Positions 30,094 through 40,261 are shown, numbered from the stretch's first letter. The stretch is 64,000 nucleotides of DNA from Spirochaetota bacterium (GCA_035400945.1 DAONAJ010000003.1:88676-152675); one strand, 5' to 3'. Notes: a model not told the origin generated them from the sequence alone. Numbers and translations are program-made.

Positions 30094-32262
30094 TTACAGC
30101 ACCTTGAAGGCATTGGTCACTCCCTCATAGGAGCTTATTTTACCGGTCCAGCCCGACTTCCAGTTCCCCTTGTGTCGGATCCGATACGTTCCCGGCTCCG
30201 CGTTTTTCGTGTGCCACGTTATGGTTATCTTCGAGTATGATATCCCGTCTCTCTGCCAGCGGTATGTTGTCTCCGGGTCCCAGTCGCGGGCCACGGGGAC
30301 GTAACTCCCGTTCACCAGCTTCTCGACGACCAGGAACGTGTCCTGCGTACGGAGATTGTTGTTGGGGTGGCCGCCCCAGAACTGCGCGCTTACCGTGTCG
30401 CCCCGGCTGTAGCTCGCGCCGGGCTGGGTTATGACATCGCCGAAATTCTTGAAGAGCGGCTTGTCGTCCAGCACCACCTTGGCGGTAAAATCCACGGTGA
30501 GCCCCGTCACGTCCTGGGGAGACGGGCCGGCGGGGACATCGCTGCCGTCAACGATGGCCCTGCAGAGCTTCGCGTATTCCTGGCGGAACGCAGCCAGTTC
30601 GTTGGGACCGAACTGCGTGCAGGCGCCCTCGTACCACTGCATCGCGTATTCCTCCCTGGTGGCAAGATAGGATGCATAGGAGTTGGCGAGGCTCGATACA
30701 ACCGCCATGTCCACGCCGAGTCCGGACAGGCCGGTCACCAGCGTGTCCTTGATGCGGCGTCCCGACATGGTGGTGACCTCGGCGGGAACGGCCGCTATGG
30801 CCAGGTTCCCTATCTTGAGCACCTGGAGCGGCATGACCTGCGGCGTCATGGTCGGCCCGTTGATATTGATATGGGCGATGCCGGTCGGGATGAGCACCGG
30901 TTTCTCGGCCTGGCATTTCTTGTATGCCGCGTCATTGGTGGCGGGCCACGCGAAGGCGAAGACGCCGCCGAGGAACGTGCTCAGGAACGTGCTGGCGGCA
31001 TTGTCGCTCCAGTTAAGGCTGGCAACGGTGGTCCCGTTCGGGAACAACGGCGACGGGCTCGGGTTGTCCGACGGGCTCCCGGCGGAGAAGGAAGCGCCCA
31101 TGCCGGCAGCGCACGTGGTGCATTTCGTCTCTTCCACGTACAGCGTCCGCATGTCCACCCATTCATGGCGGTAATCGATCGAGCCTGAAAGCTCCCTCGT
31201 TGCGCCGTTATACAGTTCTTTCGCCTTATTGTACTGCTTGAGGACCGCATTCTCAAGGCTTTTATTCTTTTCAAAGGTGACGTCAGCCGGGGCCTGGCCG
31301 AAGCCGATGTTGGGCGTCACGTCGCCAGCGCTGGCCTGGGCGAAGGCGGCGACGAAGGTCCTGGCGGCAAGGTAATCGGTTCCCTTGTCCTTTTCGAAAA
31401 GGTATGATGCCCACCCCTTGTTATCGCCGCTGATCAGTCTGTTTTCAGGCCCGATACTGTCGGGATGAACCGCGTACCAGTTCACCATGCCGATCTCCTC
31501 GCCGTCAAGGGTGACGAACTTCAGGAGGGTCATGGTTGTATCGGTAATGCTGCTGTACCGCGCCCGCTCCGCGGCGGGATTGTTGTTATAGGCGGTCTCG
31601 GCGCGGTTTCCGCCGCAGCCCTCGATGGCGCCCTGGGCCACGAGTATCCTCCCCCGCTTCAGGTTGTTATGGGCCCTGAGTATCGACTGGTAAATGCCGT
31701 CAACGATGGCGTTGAAGTTCTGCTTCACGAAGCCGTTGATGGTCACATCGTAGAGGAAATATCCCGAGTAACCCCCGGGGCCGTTGTGGGTGTGCGTGGC
31801 GGAAAGGAGAACGTTCTTCTCATTGTAATATTTCGCCAGATCCGCGTTCCCCGCGATTTTCTCGCAGACCTTGACTTTGACCATCTGGAAGAGCATCCCC
31901 AGGTCCGCGCTCACGAAAACGACCCGCTTGTCAGCGTCACCGATTATGTAGGCGCGCGAGCGGAGCCGCAGGTGAATGCCGGATGTCTTCTGCTCTGACA
32001 CGGCGTATCCCATCATGCCGATTTCAGCCGCTGGTCCGGTTATATCGTAGATCCCGGCGCCGATAAGGTACACGCTTCCGCCGGACCCGGTTGTTTCATT
32101 GGGTTGTATGGCGGTTCCGCCATTACTGTCTGTCTGGCCTGAATCCGATCCTAGAAGGGGAAAGGGATTGTTGTCTGAATCACTATCACAGCCTGGATAC
32201 ACCAGACATAGCATCGAAAAAAGAAAAACAGCCATGAAAAATTTTTTCTTACCATTGCCCAT
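30094..32262 (-). CDS. Neutral/alkaline ceramidase (lipoprotein)
   Basis: 722 aa; signal peptide with Cys lipobox; N-terminal block closely matches the neutral ceramidase signature (YLIGAGIYDITGPAAEIGMMGYA...GIHLRLRSRAYII...VVFVSADLGM...NVLLSATHTHNGPGGY). Confidence 0.8.
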   Translation of the reverse strand: MGNGKKKFFMAVFLFSMLCLVYPGCDSDSDNNPFPLLGSDSGQTDSNGGTAIQPNETTGSGGSVYLIGAGIYDITGPAAEIGMMGYAVSEQKTSGIHLRLRSRAYIIGDADKRVVFVSADLGMLFQMVKVKVCEKIAGNADLAKYYNEKNVLLSATHTHNGPGGYSGYFLYDVTINGFVKQNFNAIVDGIYQSILRAHNNLKRGRILVAQGAIEGCGGNRAETAYNNNPAAERARYSSITDTTMTLLKFVTLDGEEIGMVNWYAVHPDSIGPENRLISGDNKGWASYLFEKDKGTDYLAARTFVAAFAQASAGDVTPNIGFGQAPADVTFEKNKSLENAVLKQYNKAKELYNGATRELSGSIDYRHEWVDMRTLYVEETKCTTCAAGMGASFSAGSPSDNPSPSPLFPNGTTVASLNWSDNAASTFLSTFLGGVFAFAWPATNDAAYKKCQAEKPVLIPTGIAHININGPTMTPQVMPLQVLKIGNLAIAAVPAEVTTMSGRRIKDTLVTGLSGLGVDMAVVSSLANSYASYLATREEYAMQWYEGACTQFGPNELAAFRQEYAKLCRAIVDGSDVPAGPSPQDVTGLTVDFTAKVVLDDKPLFKNFGDVITQPGASYSRGDTVSAQFWGGHPNNNLRTQDTFLVVEKLVNGSYVPVARDWDPETTYRWQRDGISYSKITITWHTKNAEPGTYRIRHKGNWKSGWTGKISSYEGVTNAFKVL

Positions 32263-32439
32263 TCCGGACCCCCTTCAGGTATTACTATGATACCAGGTTT
32301 TTTAAATTATATTAAAAAAATAAACCAAACAGCCGGTTTGATATTTAATTTATATTATATTATCATTAAAAAGTCATATCAAAATCTGACCGATCAGTAT
32401 TTGAATAGTAGTCAAATCGAATGCGGGGTCAGAGTAAAT

Positions 32440-32468
32440 TTGACAATTGGTGTGCATTTTGTTATATT
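32440..32468 (+). promoter_or_regulatory. Sigma-70-like promoter (TTGACA-N17-TATATT) immediately upstream of the multi-PAS gene
   Basis: Near-consensus -35/-10 with 17-nt spacer ending about 10 nt before the annotated ATG; implies a leaderless transcript or a downstream start (MMAQF at about 32557). Confidence 0.4.
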
Positions 32469-32478
32469 TTGTCCATAA

Positions 32479-34722
32479 ATGAAAGTAAAAAAAACAAGTA
32501 TCTACACATCCCTTCAGGACTTAATAATAAAAAACTTTCACCTGAGCCCTGAAGCGATGATGGCTCAATTCTGTCAGGGGATCATGGATCTCTACCCTCT
32601 CCAGGGTGCGGCCATTGCCGCAAGAAGCGGGACAGGCTTTGCACTGCGCTATAGCCGAAACATCTTTAATGATAACCCCGACATGGAATTCGACTATACC
32701 GATGCCGATATCATTGTATTCTCAAAGGAAGATAAGCACTCCAAAAACGAGCTCTTCTTTATTCCCGATGGGGAGCGGACCATACTCCTGATACTGGCAC
32801 CATCCAAGAGAAACCGCATCAACGTCCCGGAGATACAGGACGCGGCCAATCTCCTTGCCAGGGTCCTGGTGCAGCAGAAGATGAAGGCCGATCTGCTCCT
32901 CAAGTACAGCAACTACAAGACCATATTCAAGAAAACCTCGAACCTCACGGCAATACTCAACACCCGCGGGGAAGTGGTGGAATGGAACGAGGCGGCGGAG
33001 GAGCTCTTCGGCCGGGACCTTGCCGGCACCCCCGTCAGCTACGTTGATTTCGTCCATGATGACGAACTGACGCGAACCAGGGAGCTGTTCTCCTCGATGT
33101 ACCGCGGCATCATGAAATACCGCAAAACCCTTGACCCGGAGCGGCTGGGGAATGATCCGGCCTACCTGAAAACGGCGCGGGAAACCATCATGGAGATGGG
33201 AACGAGCCAGGGCTTCACCAGGCTGACAAACCGGAGCGGCAGCAAGACCCTTGACGTTGATTACACCATCAGTCTCATCATCCCCCCTGGTTCGCTGGAC
33301 ATACTGGGCTGCATCGTCACCACCACCGATGTCACCAAGCGGAAGGTCATGCGGGAGCGGCTTGAGGAGTCGGAGCGGAAATACCGCGAGCTCTTCAACC
33401 TGGTGCCGCTCTTCTCGATGCTCATCGACACCTCGGGAAAAACCGTTGATTACAACTATGTTTCAATGGAAGACTACGGCCTTGACCCCGGACAGGAGGC
33501 CCTGTCATACATGGATTTCATCCACGAGGAAGACCGCAACCGGGCCGCGTCGCTGTTCATCAACCTCTACACCAGCGCGATCGAGATTAAGAACCGCTGG
33601 ATCAAGGACAAGGCCATCACCATGGATGAATGCGCCAGGGAACTGCGTTCGCTCCGCATCAGGAACGAGCCGCTCCGTCTGCTGAGCCGGGGGAAAGACA
33701 AGTATTTCGAGACCCAGTTCAGCGCCAGCCTCTGGATCGGCGAATCAGACCTCGAGATAAAGGGCGCCCTCCTCTCCGCCATTGACGTGACGGAACGGAA
33801 CAATTACCGGCGGAAACTGGAGGAATCGGAAAAGAAATACCGGGAGCTTGTCGAGGAGAAGACCAGGGACATCATCTTCTCCCTCGACAACAGGGCCCAG
33901 TTCATCATGGTCAACAGCAACATCAGGGAAAAGCTCGGCTACCCGGAGGATTCAGTCATCGGGAAGCACATCATCGACATCCTCTACAAGGACCCCATCG
34001 ACAAGAACCAGATAAACCGGGAAACCTTCCTGGAGAACATCCACCGCGTCCTCGATGACCGCGTCCCCGACGTTCGCTTCAAGGCGGTCTGCGACCACAA
34101 GTTCCTCGGTGAACCGGTGACCCTCCAGTTCAAGCTGGATCCCATCATCGAGAACGACGCCGTCATCGGCATCATGGGCTTCGCGTCGGAGATATCGGAC
34201 GATCCCCTGCGGGAATATCTGGAAAAGGAAACCCTGTCCTACACCATCGACAACCGTCTTACCATAGCGGACGAGGTGAGCTTCCGGATAACGCGCAATC
34301 TGCAGAAGTACCTGCCCATCGGCAAGATAAGCCTGCTGCGCCTCGGCATCAGGGAGATGATCATCAATGCCATCGAACACGGGAACCTGGGCATAACCTA
34401 CGAGGAGAAGACCCTGGCCCAGAAGAACCAGAGCTACCATGATTTACTCCGGGAGCGGCAGATGAGCACCGAGAACCGCCACAAGAAGGTACGCATCGAT
34501 TACCAGTTGAATGAAGAAGCCATAACCTACACCATCAGGGACGAGGGCAAAGGCTTCGACTACCGGAAATTCATCAAGCTCAAGGTCAAAGCACTGAACG
34601 ACCAGATGCTGCAGCACGGCCGCGGCATCCTCATCACCCGGTCCGTTTTTGACCAGATACAATATAACGAAAAGGGAAACGAAGTTCACCTGGTGGCTTT
34701 TTTAAAGAAGAATACCGATTAA
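32479..34722 (+). CDS. Multi-PAS sensor with C-terminal RsbW/SpoIIAB-like GHKL ATPase (anti-sigma-factor-type Ser kinase) domain
   Basis: 747 aa; at least three PAS-like repeats each followed by the coiled-coil signature (RLEESERKYRELF; KLEESEKKYRELV), C-terminal HATPase_c_2-like block (GIREMIINAIEHGNLGI...TIRDEGKGFD...GRGILITRSVFD). Confidence 0.7.
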   Translation: MKVKKTSIYTSLQDLIIKNFHLSPEAMMAQFCQGIMDLYPLQGAAIAARSGTGFALRYSRNIFNDNPDMEFDYTDADIIVFSKEDKHSKNELFFIPDGERTILLILAPSKRNRINVPEIQDAANLLARVLVQQKMKADLLLKYSNYKTIFKKTSNLTAILNTRGEVVEWNEAAEELFGRDLAGTPVSYVDFVHDDELTRTRELFSSMYRGIMKYRKTLDPERLGNDPAYLKTARETIMEMGTSQGFTRLTNRSGSKTLDVDYTISLIIPPGSLDILGCIVTTTDVTKRKVMRERLEESERKYRELFNLVPLFSMLIDTSGKTVDYNYVSMEDYGLDPGQEALSYMDFIHEEDRNRAASLFINLYTSAIEIKNRWIKDKAITMDECARELRSLRIRNEPLRLLSRGKDKYFETQFSASLWIGESDLEIKGALLSAIDVTERNNYRRKLEESEKKYRELVEEKTRDIIFSLDNRAQFIMVNSNIREKLGYPEDSVIGKHIIDILYKDPIDKNQINRETFLENIHRVLDDRVPDVRFKAVCDHKFLGEPVTLQFKLDPIIENDAVIGIMGFASEISDDPLREYLEKETLSYTIDNRLTIADEVSFRITRNLQKYLPIGKISLLRLGIREMIINAIEHGNLGITYEEKTLAQKNQSYHDLLRERQMSTENRHKKVRIDYQLNEEAITYTIRDEGKGFDYRKFIKLKVKALNDQMLQHGRGILITRSVFDQIQYNEKGNEVHLVAFLKKNTD

Positions 34723-34975
34723 GTTGCCCTTTTTTCTTTTTTAACAAGAATTGAATAAACCAATAACTGCAATATACTGGAGTGTTGAGGTCGAATCAGG
34801 ACTATGACACCCTTGAAATCCGACAAAAATACTCCTTATGTCACATAAACCGTAAAAAAACCCTCTTTATCATTTGAATATCCATTAATTACGCATCGCA
34901 TCAAAATTCCATTCAGTTTATTACATCTCCTTTCGATATATTAATAGGCCAAACAACGAAACGGGTTAATTAAAC

Positions 34976-36361
34976 ATGCTCCATTTAGGCGATATTAAAA
35001 TTGCTCAGAACAATAATCTTGCCGTTTCCTCACTCCCCCAGAGCGCGAAAACCGGCCACGACTATTCGACTGACGCGAGTTTCTTCTCCCTCTTGCAGGG
35101 CCAGGTCAGGGCGGGCGAGCAGGTGCCGTCCATCCCCGCGGACAGGCCGGAGCCGTTGAAAAACAGCAGCGCCACCGCGGTCAACGACCGGGCGCCCCGG
35201 GAAGAATCATCCATGAACGCCCGCAGGGAAGAGACATCGCCGGCCGTCGGCAGGGCCGAGGAACAGGGACAAAAAGCCGCCGCCCAGGTACAGGGAAAAG
35301 ACATTAAAAATGCCGACGTGAAAAACACCGCGGAGAAAAAGGGCCCTGCCGACCCGCAGGGAAACCAGATCGAGAAAGGGACCGATGCCGGGGCGCGGAC
35401 GCGTCAGAAGCAGAAGGAAAAGAAAACCGGTGACGCCGACATGCACGACCTCCAGGAAGGACTGCACCGGATGATCGATATATTAAAAGGAAAAGAACAG
35501 CCGGAGATGAGGGCCATCAAGGCCTCGGCCCAGGAGGTCCATGACCTGCTCCGCGATTCAAAGATGAACCCCGACCGGGGGCTGCTGAAAAAATCCCTGG
35601 ATAAGCTGGCATCGCTGATCGACGCCTTCGCCGGCAGGACGCAGGCGGGAAAGAGCGAACACCTCGCCGGCGCCATGGCGGGGATAAAAGGCCTTGTGAA
35701 AAAAATGAAACCGGGCGAGGAAAAAAACCAGGCCCGCAGGCAGGGCGAGGCGGCCGAAACCGCGGCCCCTGCCGTGAAGGATATCATGGCTAAAATGGAA
35801 TCGCTCCTTGACGGCGTCAGGGGCGACGGCACCAACCAAAAGTCCGGCTCCCATGACCAGGGGAACAGCACGACATTCAACTTCGGCGCCGCGAAAGTCG
35901 ACATGACCGCCAGGCAGGCGGACCTCTCGGAGGCATCCCCAAGGAACAGCGTCTTCAGGGAAAACCTTGAGAGCATCATCCAGAACGCCCGGGTCGTCGT
36001 GAAAGACGGACGCAACGGCTCCTTCTCGGTGAGGCTGCACCCGGAAGAGCTCGGCACGGTCAGCATAAACCTGAAACTTCGCGAGGGTGTCGTCCAGGGC
36101 AGCTTCCTGGTCGAGACGCGTGAGGCCAGGGACCTCATCGCGGGCAGCCTTGACTATATCAGGCAGCAGCTCCATGACGCCGGCATCATGGTGGGCGAAT
36201 TCCACGTCAACGTGAACGACCAGCGCGGGAGGATGCTCTACGACCGCAGCGACGACCGCAGCGCCGTTATCGCGCCTTCGGAACAGTCTGTTGAGATAGA
36301 AAGCGAATACATGGCCAACACGATACCGTATCACAACGGCCAGATCAATCTGGTCATATAG
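34976..36361 (+). CDS. fliK: Flagellar hook-length control protein FliK
   Basis: 461 aa; low-complexity Pro/Ala/Lys-rich N-terminal part and conserved C-terminal Flg_hook domain (SVRLHPEELGTVSINLKLREGVVQGSFLVETREARDLIAGSLDYIRQQLHDAGIMVGEFHV). Confidence 0.75.
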   Translation: MLHLGDIKIAQNNNLAVSSLPQSAKTGHDYSTDASFFSLLQGQVRAGEQVPSIPADRPEPLKNSSATAVNDRAPREESSMNARREETSPAVGRAEEQGQKAAAQVQGKDIKNADVKNTAEKKGPADPQGNQIEKGTDAGARTRQKQKEKKTGDADMHDLQEGLHRMIDILKGKEQPEMRAIKASAQEVHDLLRDSKMNPDRGLLKKSLDKLASLIDAFAGRTQAGKSEHLAGAMAGIKGLVKKMKPGEEKNQARRQGEAAETAAPAVKDIMAKMESLLDGVRGDGTNQKSGSHDQGNSTTFNFGAAKVDMTARQADLSEASPRNSVFRENLESIIQNARVVVKDGRNGSFSVRLHPEELGTVSINLKLREGVVQGSFLVETREARDLIAGSLDYIRQQLHDAGIMVGEFHVNVNDQRGRMLYDRSDDRSAVIAPSEQSVEIESEYMANTIPYHNGQINLVI

Positions 36362-36370
36362 GAGAACCGT

Positions 36371-36946
36371 ATGAACGTACCACGAATGACAGGTCAGGAA
36401 CTTGCGGCTGCGCGCCTCGAAGCCGACATGGTGAACAAGAAGGTCAACCACGGCAAGGAAGGCATCAAGGGAGTCGCCGACAAGGACATGTTCATGAAGC
36501 TCCTGGTGACCCAGCTGAAGTACCAGGACCCGACCAGGCCGATGGAAGACCGTGAGTTCATCGCGCAGATGGCCCAGTTCTCCACCCTGGAGCAGATGTC
36601 AAACATGAACAAGGAAATGGGCAATCTGCTGAAAAGCTCCCGCTCCAACGAGGCCTTTTCCCTCCTGGGGAAACAGATTGACGCTCTGAACCCGCTGACG
36701 AACCGCCGCGTTTCCGGCGTCGTTTCGTCGATCCAGTACAATGGCGACGAGCAGGTCCTGATGGTAAACGGCGAACAGGTCAGGATGAACGATATCAGCG
36801 CGGTCCGCAACGCCGAGGTCCCGGCGGCCGCCGCCGCGGCATATTCGAACGCGGCCGCCGTAACGACGACCATTAATGGGGCCGCCGAGCAGAAAACGAT
36901 GAGCAATCAGGCGAACGGAAGGGATGCCGTTCCGGGTAACCAATAA
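36371..36946 (+). CDS. flgD: Flagellar hook capping/assembly protein FlgD
   Basis: 191 aa; FlgD N-terminal signature FMKLLVTQLKYQDPTRPMEDREFIAQMAQFSTLEQM. Confidence 0.85.
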   Translation: MNVPRMTGQELAAARLEADMVNKKVNHGKEGIKGVADKDMFMKLLVTQLKYQDPTRPMEDREFIAQMAQFSTLEQMSNMNKEMGNLLKSSRSNEAFSLLGKQIDALNPLTNRRVSGVVSSIQYNGDEQVLMVNGEQVRMNDISAVRNAEVPAAAAAAYSNAAAVTTTINGAAEQKTMSNQANGRDAVPGNQ

Positions 36947-36970
36947 TTCGAAGAGAGGAGAATTGCCAGT

Positions 36971-38344
36971 ATGATGCGTGCACTCTATTCCGGCGTTTCC
37001 GGTCTGAAGAACCATCAGACCAGGATGGATGTTGTGAGCAACAACATCTCGAACGTTAACACCTACGGTTTCAAAACAAGCCGGGTCACGTTCCAGGACA
37101 TGATTTCCCAGACCCTGTCCGGGGCGGCGCGGCCCGAGGAGAACCGGGGCGGCGTCAATCCCAAGCAGGTGGGTCTCGGCATGACCATCGCGTCCATCGA
37201 CAGGATATTCACCCAGGGAAGCCTCCAGACCACCGGCAACCAGACCGACCTGGCCATATCCGGCGACGGGTTCTTCGTCGTGTCCGACGGGGACCGCAAA
37301 TTCTACACCCGCGCCGGCACCTTCGGTATAGACAAGAACGGCACGCTGGTTAACCCGGGCAACGGCCTCAAGGTGCAGGGGTGGCAGGCGACCCGGAACC
37401 AGGCCGGGGAAATGGTAGTCAATCCGAGCGGATCGCTGGAGGACATCGTGATCCCCATTTACGGAAAAGTTGACGCAAAGGAAACAACAAACATCAAGTA
37501 TAAATGCAACCTTGATTCCCGCTACGCGGTCGTCCCGCCCAACGCCACGGGACGCATGCGGTCATCGGCGGGAGTGACGACCAATATCGACGCCTACGAC
37601 AACCAGGGGAACACGCACCGACTCACCATGGTGTTCTGGAAGACCGGCCCGAACCAGTGGACCGCGTCCGCCGCGATCACCGATTCGACGGTTCCCCTGA
37701 CCCTCGACGTGCCGGCCGGCGCCGGGATGCAGAACAACGCGAACCCGTCGTCCCGCATCAACCTCCGCTTCAGCCCGGACGGGAAGCTCGTGTCCGTGGC
37801 GGACGAGGGGTCGCCGGACGAATCGAACCAGGGAAGCCTCATCGTCAACGCCAACTGGCGCGTCGCCGGGGACCCGAACATGCGCACGATCCAGCTCGAC
37901 ATGGGCAAGTCGGGACTCCTCGAAGGGATAACCCAGTTCGCCTCCCCCGCCACCACCAAGGCGGTCGAGCAGGACGGCTACAACATGGGATACATGGAAT
38001 CCTTCAATGTTGACAACTCCGGCATCATTACCGGCGTCTATTCCAACGGCACGAAGCACATTGTCGGCCAGGTGGGCATGGCGGTCTTCACCAACCCGCA
38101 GGGCCTCACCGCCACCGGGGAAAACCTCTTCGAGGTGTCGAACAACTCCGGCGCGGCCAATGAGGGAGCCGCCAACACCCAGGGCCGCGGCAAAGTTGTC
38201 GCCGGCACCCTGGAAATGTCCAACGTGGACCTGTCGGACCAGTTCACCGACATGATCGTGACCCAGCGGGGCTTCCAGGCCAATTCCCGGTCCATAACCA
38301 CGGCGGACCAGATGCTGCAGGAGCTGCTCACCCTGAAGCGTTAA
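36971..38344 (+). CDS. flgE: Flagellar hook protein FlgE
   Basis: 457 aa; Flg_bb_rod N-terminus (LYSGVSGLKNHQTRMDVVSNNISNVNTYGFK) and C-terminal LEMSNVDLSDQFTDMIVTQRGFQANSR. Confidence 0.9.
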   Translation: MMRALYSGVSGLKNHQTRMDVVSNNISNVNTYGFKTSRVTFQDMISQTLSGAARPEENRGGVNPKQVGLGMTIASIDRIFTQGSLQTTGNQTDLAISGDGFFVVSDGDRKFYTRAGTFGIDKNGTLVNPGNGLKVQGWQATRNQAGEMVVNPSGSLEDIVIPIYGKVDAKETTNIKYKCNLDSRYAVVPPNATGRMRSSAGVTTNIDAYDNQGNTHRLTMVFWKTGPNQWTASAAITDSTVPLTLDVPAGAGMQNNANPSSRINLRFSPDGKLVSVADEGSPDESNQGSLIVNANWRVAGDPNMRTIQLDMGKSGLLEGITQFASPATTKAVEQDGYNMGYMESFNVDNSGIITGVYSNGTKHIVGQVGMAVFTNPQGLTATGENLFEVSNNSGAANEGAANTQGRGKVVAGTLEMSNVDLSDQFTDMIVTQRGFQANSRSITTADQMLQELLTLKR

Positions 38345-38390
38345 TGATGGGGCCGGGTTTTAACCCGACCTGATATGACATGAAAACAGA

Positions 38391-38420
38391 AAGGGCACGG
38401 TATTCCGTGCCCTTTTTTTT
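38391..38420 (+). terminator. Rho-independent terminator after flgE
   Basis: agggcacgg-tatt-ccgtgccct followed by T8. Confidence 0.75.
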
Positions 38421-38442
38421 GTTATGGATGATTTCCTTATGC

Positions 38443-38688
38443 TCAGTGGGATGCCTTGGGCTGTTCGGCCGGCGGCGTCACCTTCTTCTCGTAGGTATTG
38501 ATATCCAGCAGGTCATAGATGAAGCAGTACTGGGTATAGGCGGTATTCAGTATCAGCAGACCGATAGCCAGCAGGACAAACATGCCGAACCGGGTCGGTT
38601 CCAGGGAAAAAATATTCAGGATAAAGGCAAGGCCGATGAGGGTCCTGACAAAGCGGTCAGATGAGCCAACGTTTTTCTTCATTTCCAT
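38443..38688 (-). CDS. DUF2892 (YgaP-like) small inner-membrane protein
   Basis: 81 aa; N-terminal NVGSSDRFVRTLIG motif and two TM helices. Confidence 0.55.
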   Translation of the reverse strand: MEMKKNVGSSDRFVRTLIGLAFILNIFSLEPTRFGMFVLLAIGLLILNTAYTQYCFIYDLLDINTYEKKVTPPAEQPKASH

Positions 38689-38872
38689 GGTGGTCCTCTC
38701 GTAAAGTATGGATTTGCTCCCGCGCTGCCTGCCGCGGGGGTTATCGCATGAGCAATAATGACTGGTTATAGTTATTAAGGAGGGGCTTTAATGCGCAAGA
38801 ATAATTTTATTATTGACTATTTTTTTTACCATTCGATTTCTTTACCCAACAGACTCCGAACCGAGGAACACA

Positions 38873-39847
38873 ATGGCACGAATACTATCCGGCATACAGC
38901 CGTCGGGAACCCTTCACATAGCCAATTATTTCGCCATGATGAAGCCGATGATCGAATACCAGCATGATAATGACCTGTTCTGCTTTATCGTCAATTACCA
39001 TGCCATGACCAGCAACCAGGAGGGAGAGCGCCTCAGGAACTTCACCCTGGAGGCCGCCCTCGACTTTCTGGCCCTGGGCCTCGACCCCGATAAAAGCCAC
39101 TTCTGGGTCCAGTCGGACGTGCCGGAGGTGACGGAGCTGACCTGGATCCTGTCCTGCCACACATCGCTGGGTCTCCTCGAACGGAGCCACAGCTACAAGG
39201 ACAAGGTGGCCCACGGCATCGTCCCGAACACGGGCCTGTTCACCTACCCGGTCCTCATGGCCGCTGACATCCTCCTCTACCAGGCCCAGATCATCCCGGT
39301 GGGGAAAGACCAGAAGCAGCACGTGGAGATCACCCGGGACATCGCCATCCGCTTCAACAACATGTACGGCGAGATCTTCACCCTGCCGGAGCCGCGCATA
39401 TCCGACGATGCCGCCGTTATCCCCGGCATCGACGGGCAGAAGATGTCCAAGAGCTATGGCAACACCATCGAGATCTTCGAGGACGAGAAGTCCCTCAAGA
39501 AGAAAGTGATGCGGATCGTGACCGATTCCACGCCGGTGGAGGAGCCCAAGAACCCGGAGACCTGCAGCCTCTTCGCCCTGTACAGGCTCTTCGCGGAACC
39601 GTCGAAGGTCGAGAACATGAAGGACCGCTACCTGAAGGGCGGCCTCGGCTACGGGGAAGTCAAGAAAGAGCTCCTGGGCCTCATCTGGGAATACTTTGCC
39701 CCCTTCAGGAAAAAACGTGAGGAATACAGCAAGGACAAGGGCGAGGTGATCCGGATTTTAAAGAAAGGGGCCGATAAGACACGCGCTGTTGCCGCACCGA
39801 CCATGGAGCGCGTCAAGGAAGTGACCGGGCTCAGCTACAGCATGTAG
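38873..39847 (+). CDS. trpS: Tryptophan--tRNA ligase
   Basis: Start set at MARILSGIQPSGTLHIANY (class I HIGH-type region); KMSKS motif present; 324 aa. Confidence 0.9.
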   Translation: MARILSGIQPSGTLHIANYFAMMKPMIEYQHDNDLFCFIVNYHAMTSNQEGERLRNFTLEAALDFLALGLDPDKSHFWVQSDVPEVTELTWILSCHTSLGLLERSHSYKDKVAHGIVPNTGLFTYPVLMAADILLYQAQIIPVGKDQKQHVEITRDIAIRFNNMYGEIFTLPEPRISDDAAVIPGIDGQKMSKSYGNTIEIFEDEKSLKKKVMRIVTDSTPVEEPKNPETCSLFALYRLFAEPSKVENMKDRYLKGGLGYGEVKKELLGLIWEYFAPFRKKREEYSKDKGEVIRILKKGADKTRAVAAPTMERVKEVTGLSYSM

Positions 39848-39943
39848 CAGCCATAAAAGGATAACGCCCGCGCTCCCGTCCGCTTTGACCGGGATAAACC
39901 GCGTTCAATCCCCCCTATTAGCCGCGGTCCGGGAACATGCAGG

Positions 39944-39984
39944 ATACAATAAAAAAGCACTGCCCTGATGACGGGCAGTGCCCG
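39944..39984 (-). terminator. Rho-independent terminator after the 40028-40261 lipoprotein gene (minus strand)
   Basis: Minus-strand hairpin gcactgccc-gtcatca-gggcagtgc followed by TTTTTTATT. Confidence 0.55.
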
Positions 39985-40027
39985 GATGCCGCATAAAACA
40001 AGTTATGCGTCCTCGCGAACAATCATG

Positions 40028-40261
40028 CTACTTGATGGCCGCGCATTTGTCGCCGCACGCCTTTGCGTTCTTTTCGCATTCAGCTTTCTTTTTAGCGTCG
40101 ACTTTCTTGGTCTTCGCATCGGTCGCCTTGCTGATGCAGGCCGTCTTCTCGGCCGCGCACTTGTCGTTGCAATCCTTCCGTTTCTTCTCAACGCTCGCGC
40201 AGGAGACCAGGCCCGCCATAAAAACGGCAGCCATCATGACAATTATTGTTCTTTTCATCAA
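40028..40261 (-). CDS. Small Lys/Cys-rich lipoprotein
   Basis: 77 aa; signal peptide and lipobox (AGLVSC); mature part rich in K and regularly spaced Cys ([12 protein letters not shown]...[15 protein letters not shown]). Confidence 0.5.
   Translation of the reverse strand: MMKRTIIVMMAAVFMAGLVSCASVEKKRKDCNDKCAAEKTACISKATDAKTKKVDAKKKAECEKNAKACGDKCAAIK

Noticed and set aside
34723-34975. Sigma-28 flagellar promoter upstream of fliK
   Set aside because: Only a weak resemblance (TTTA…N13…TCGATAT) to TAAA-N15-GCCGATAA; insufficient to annotate.
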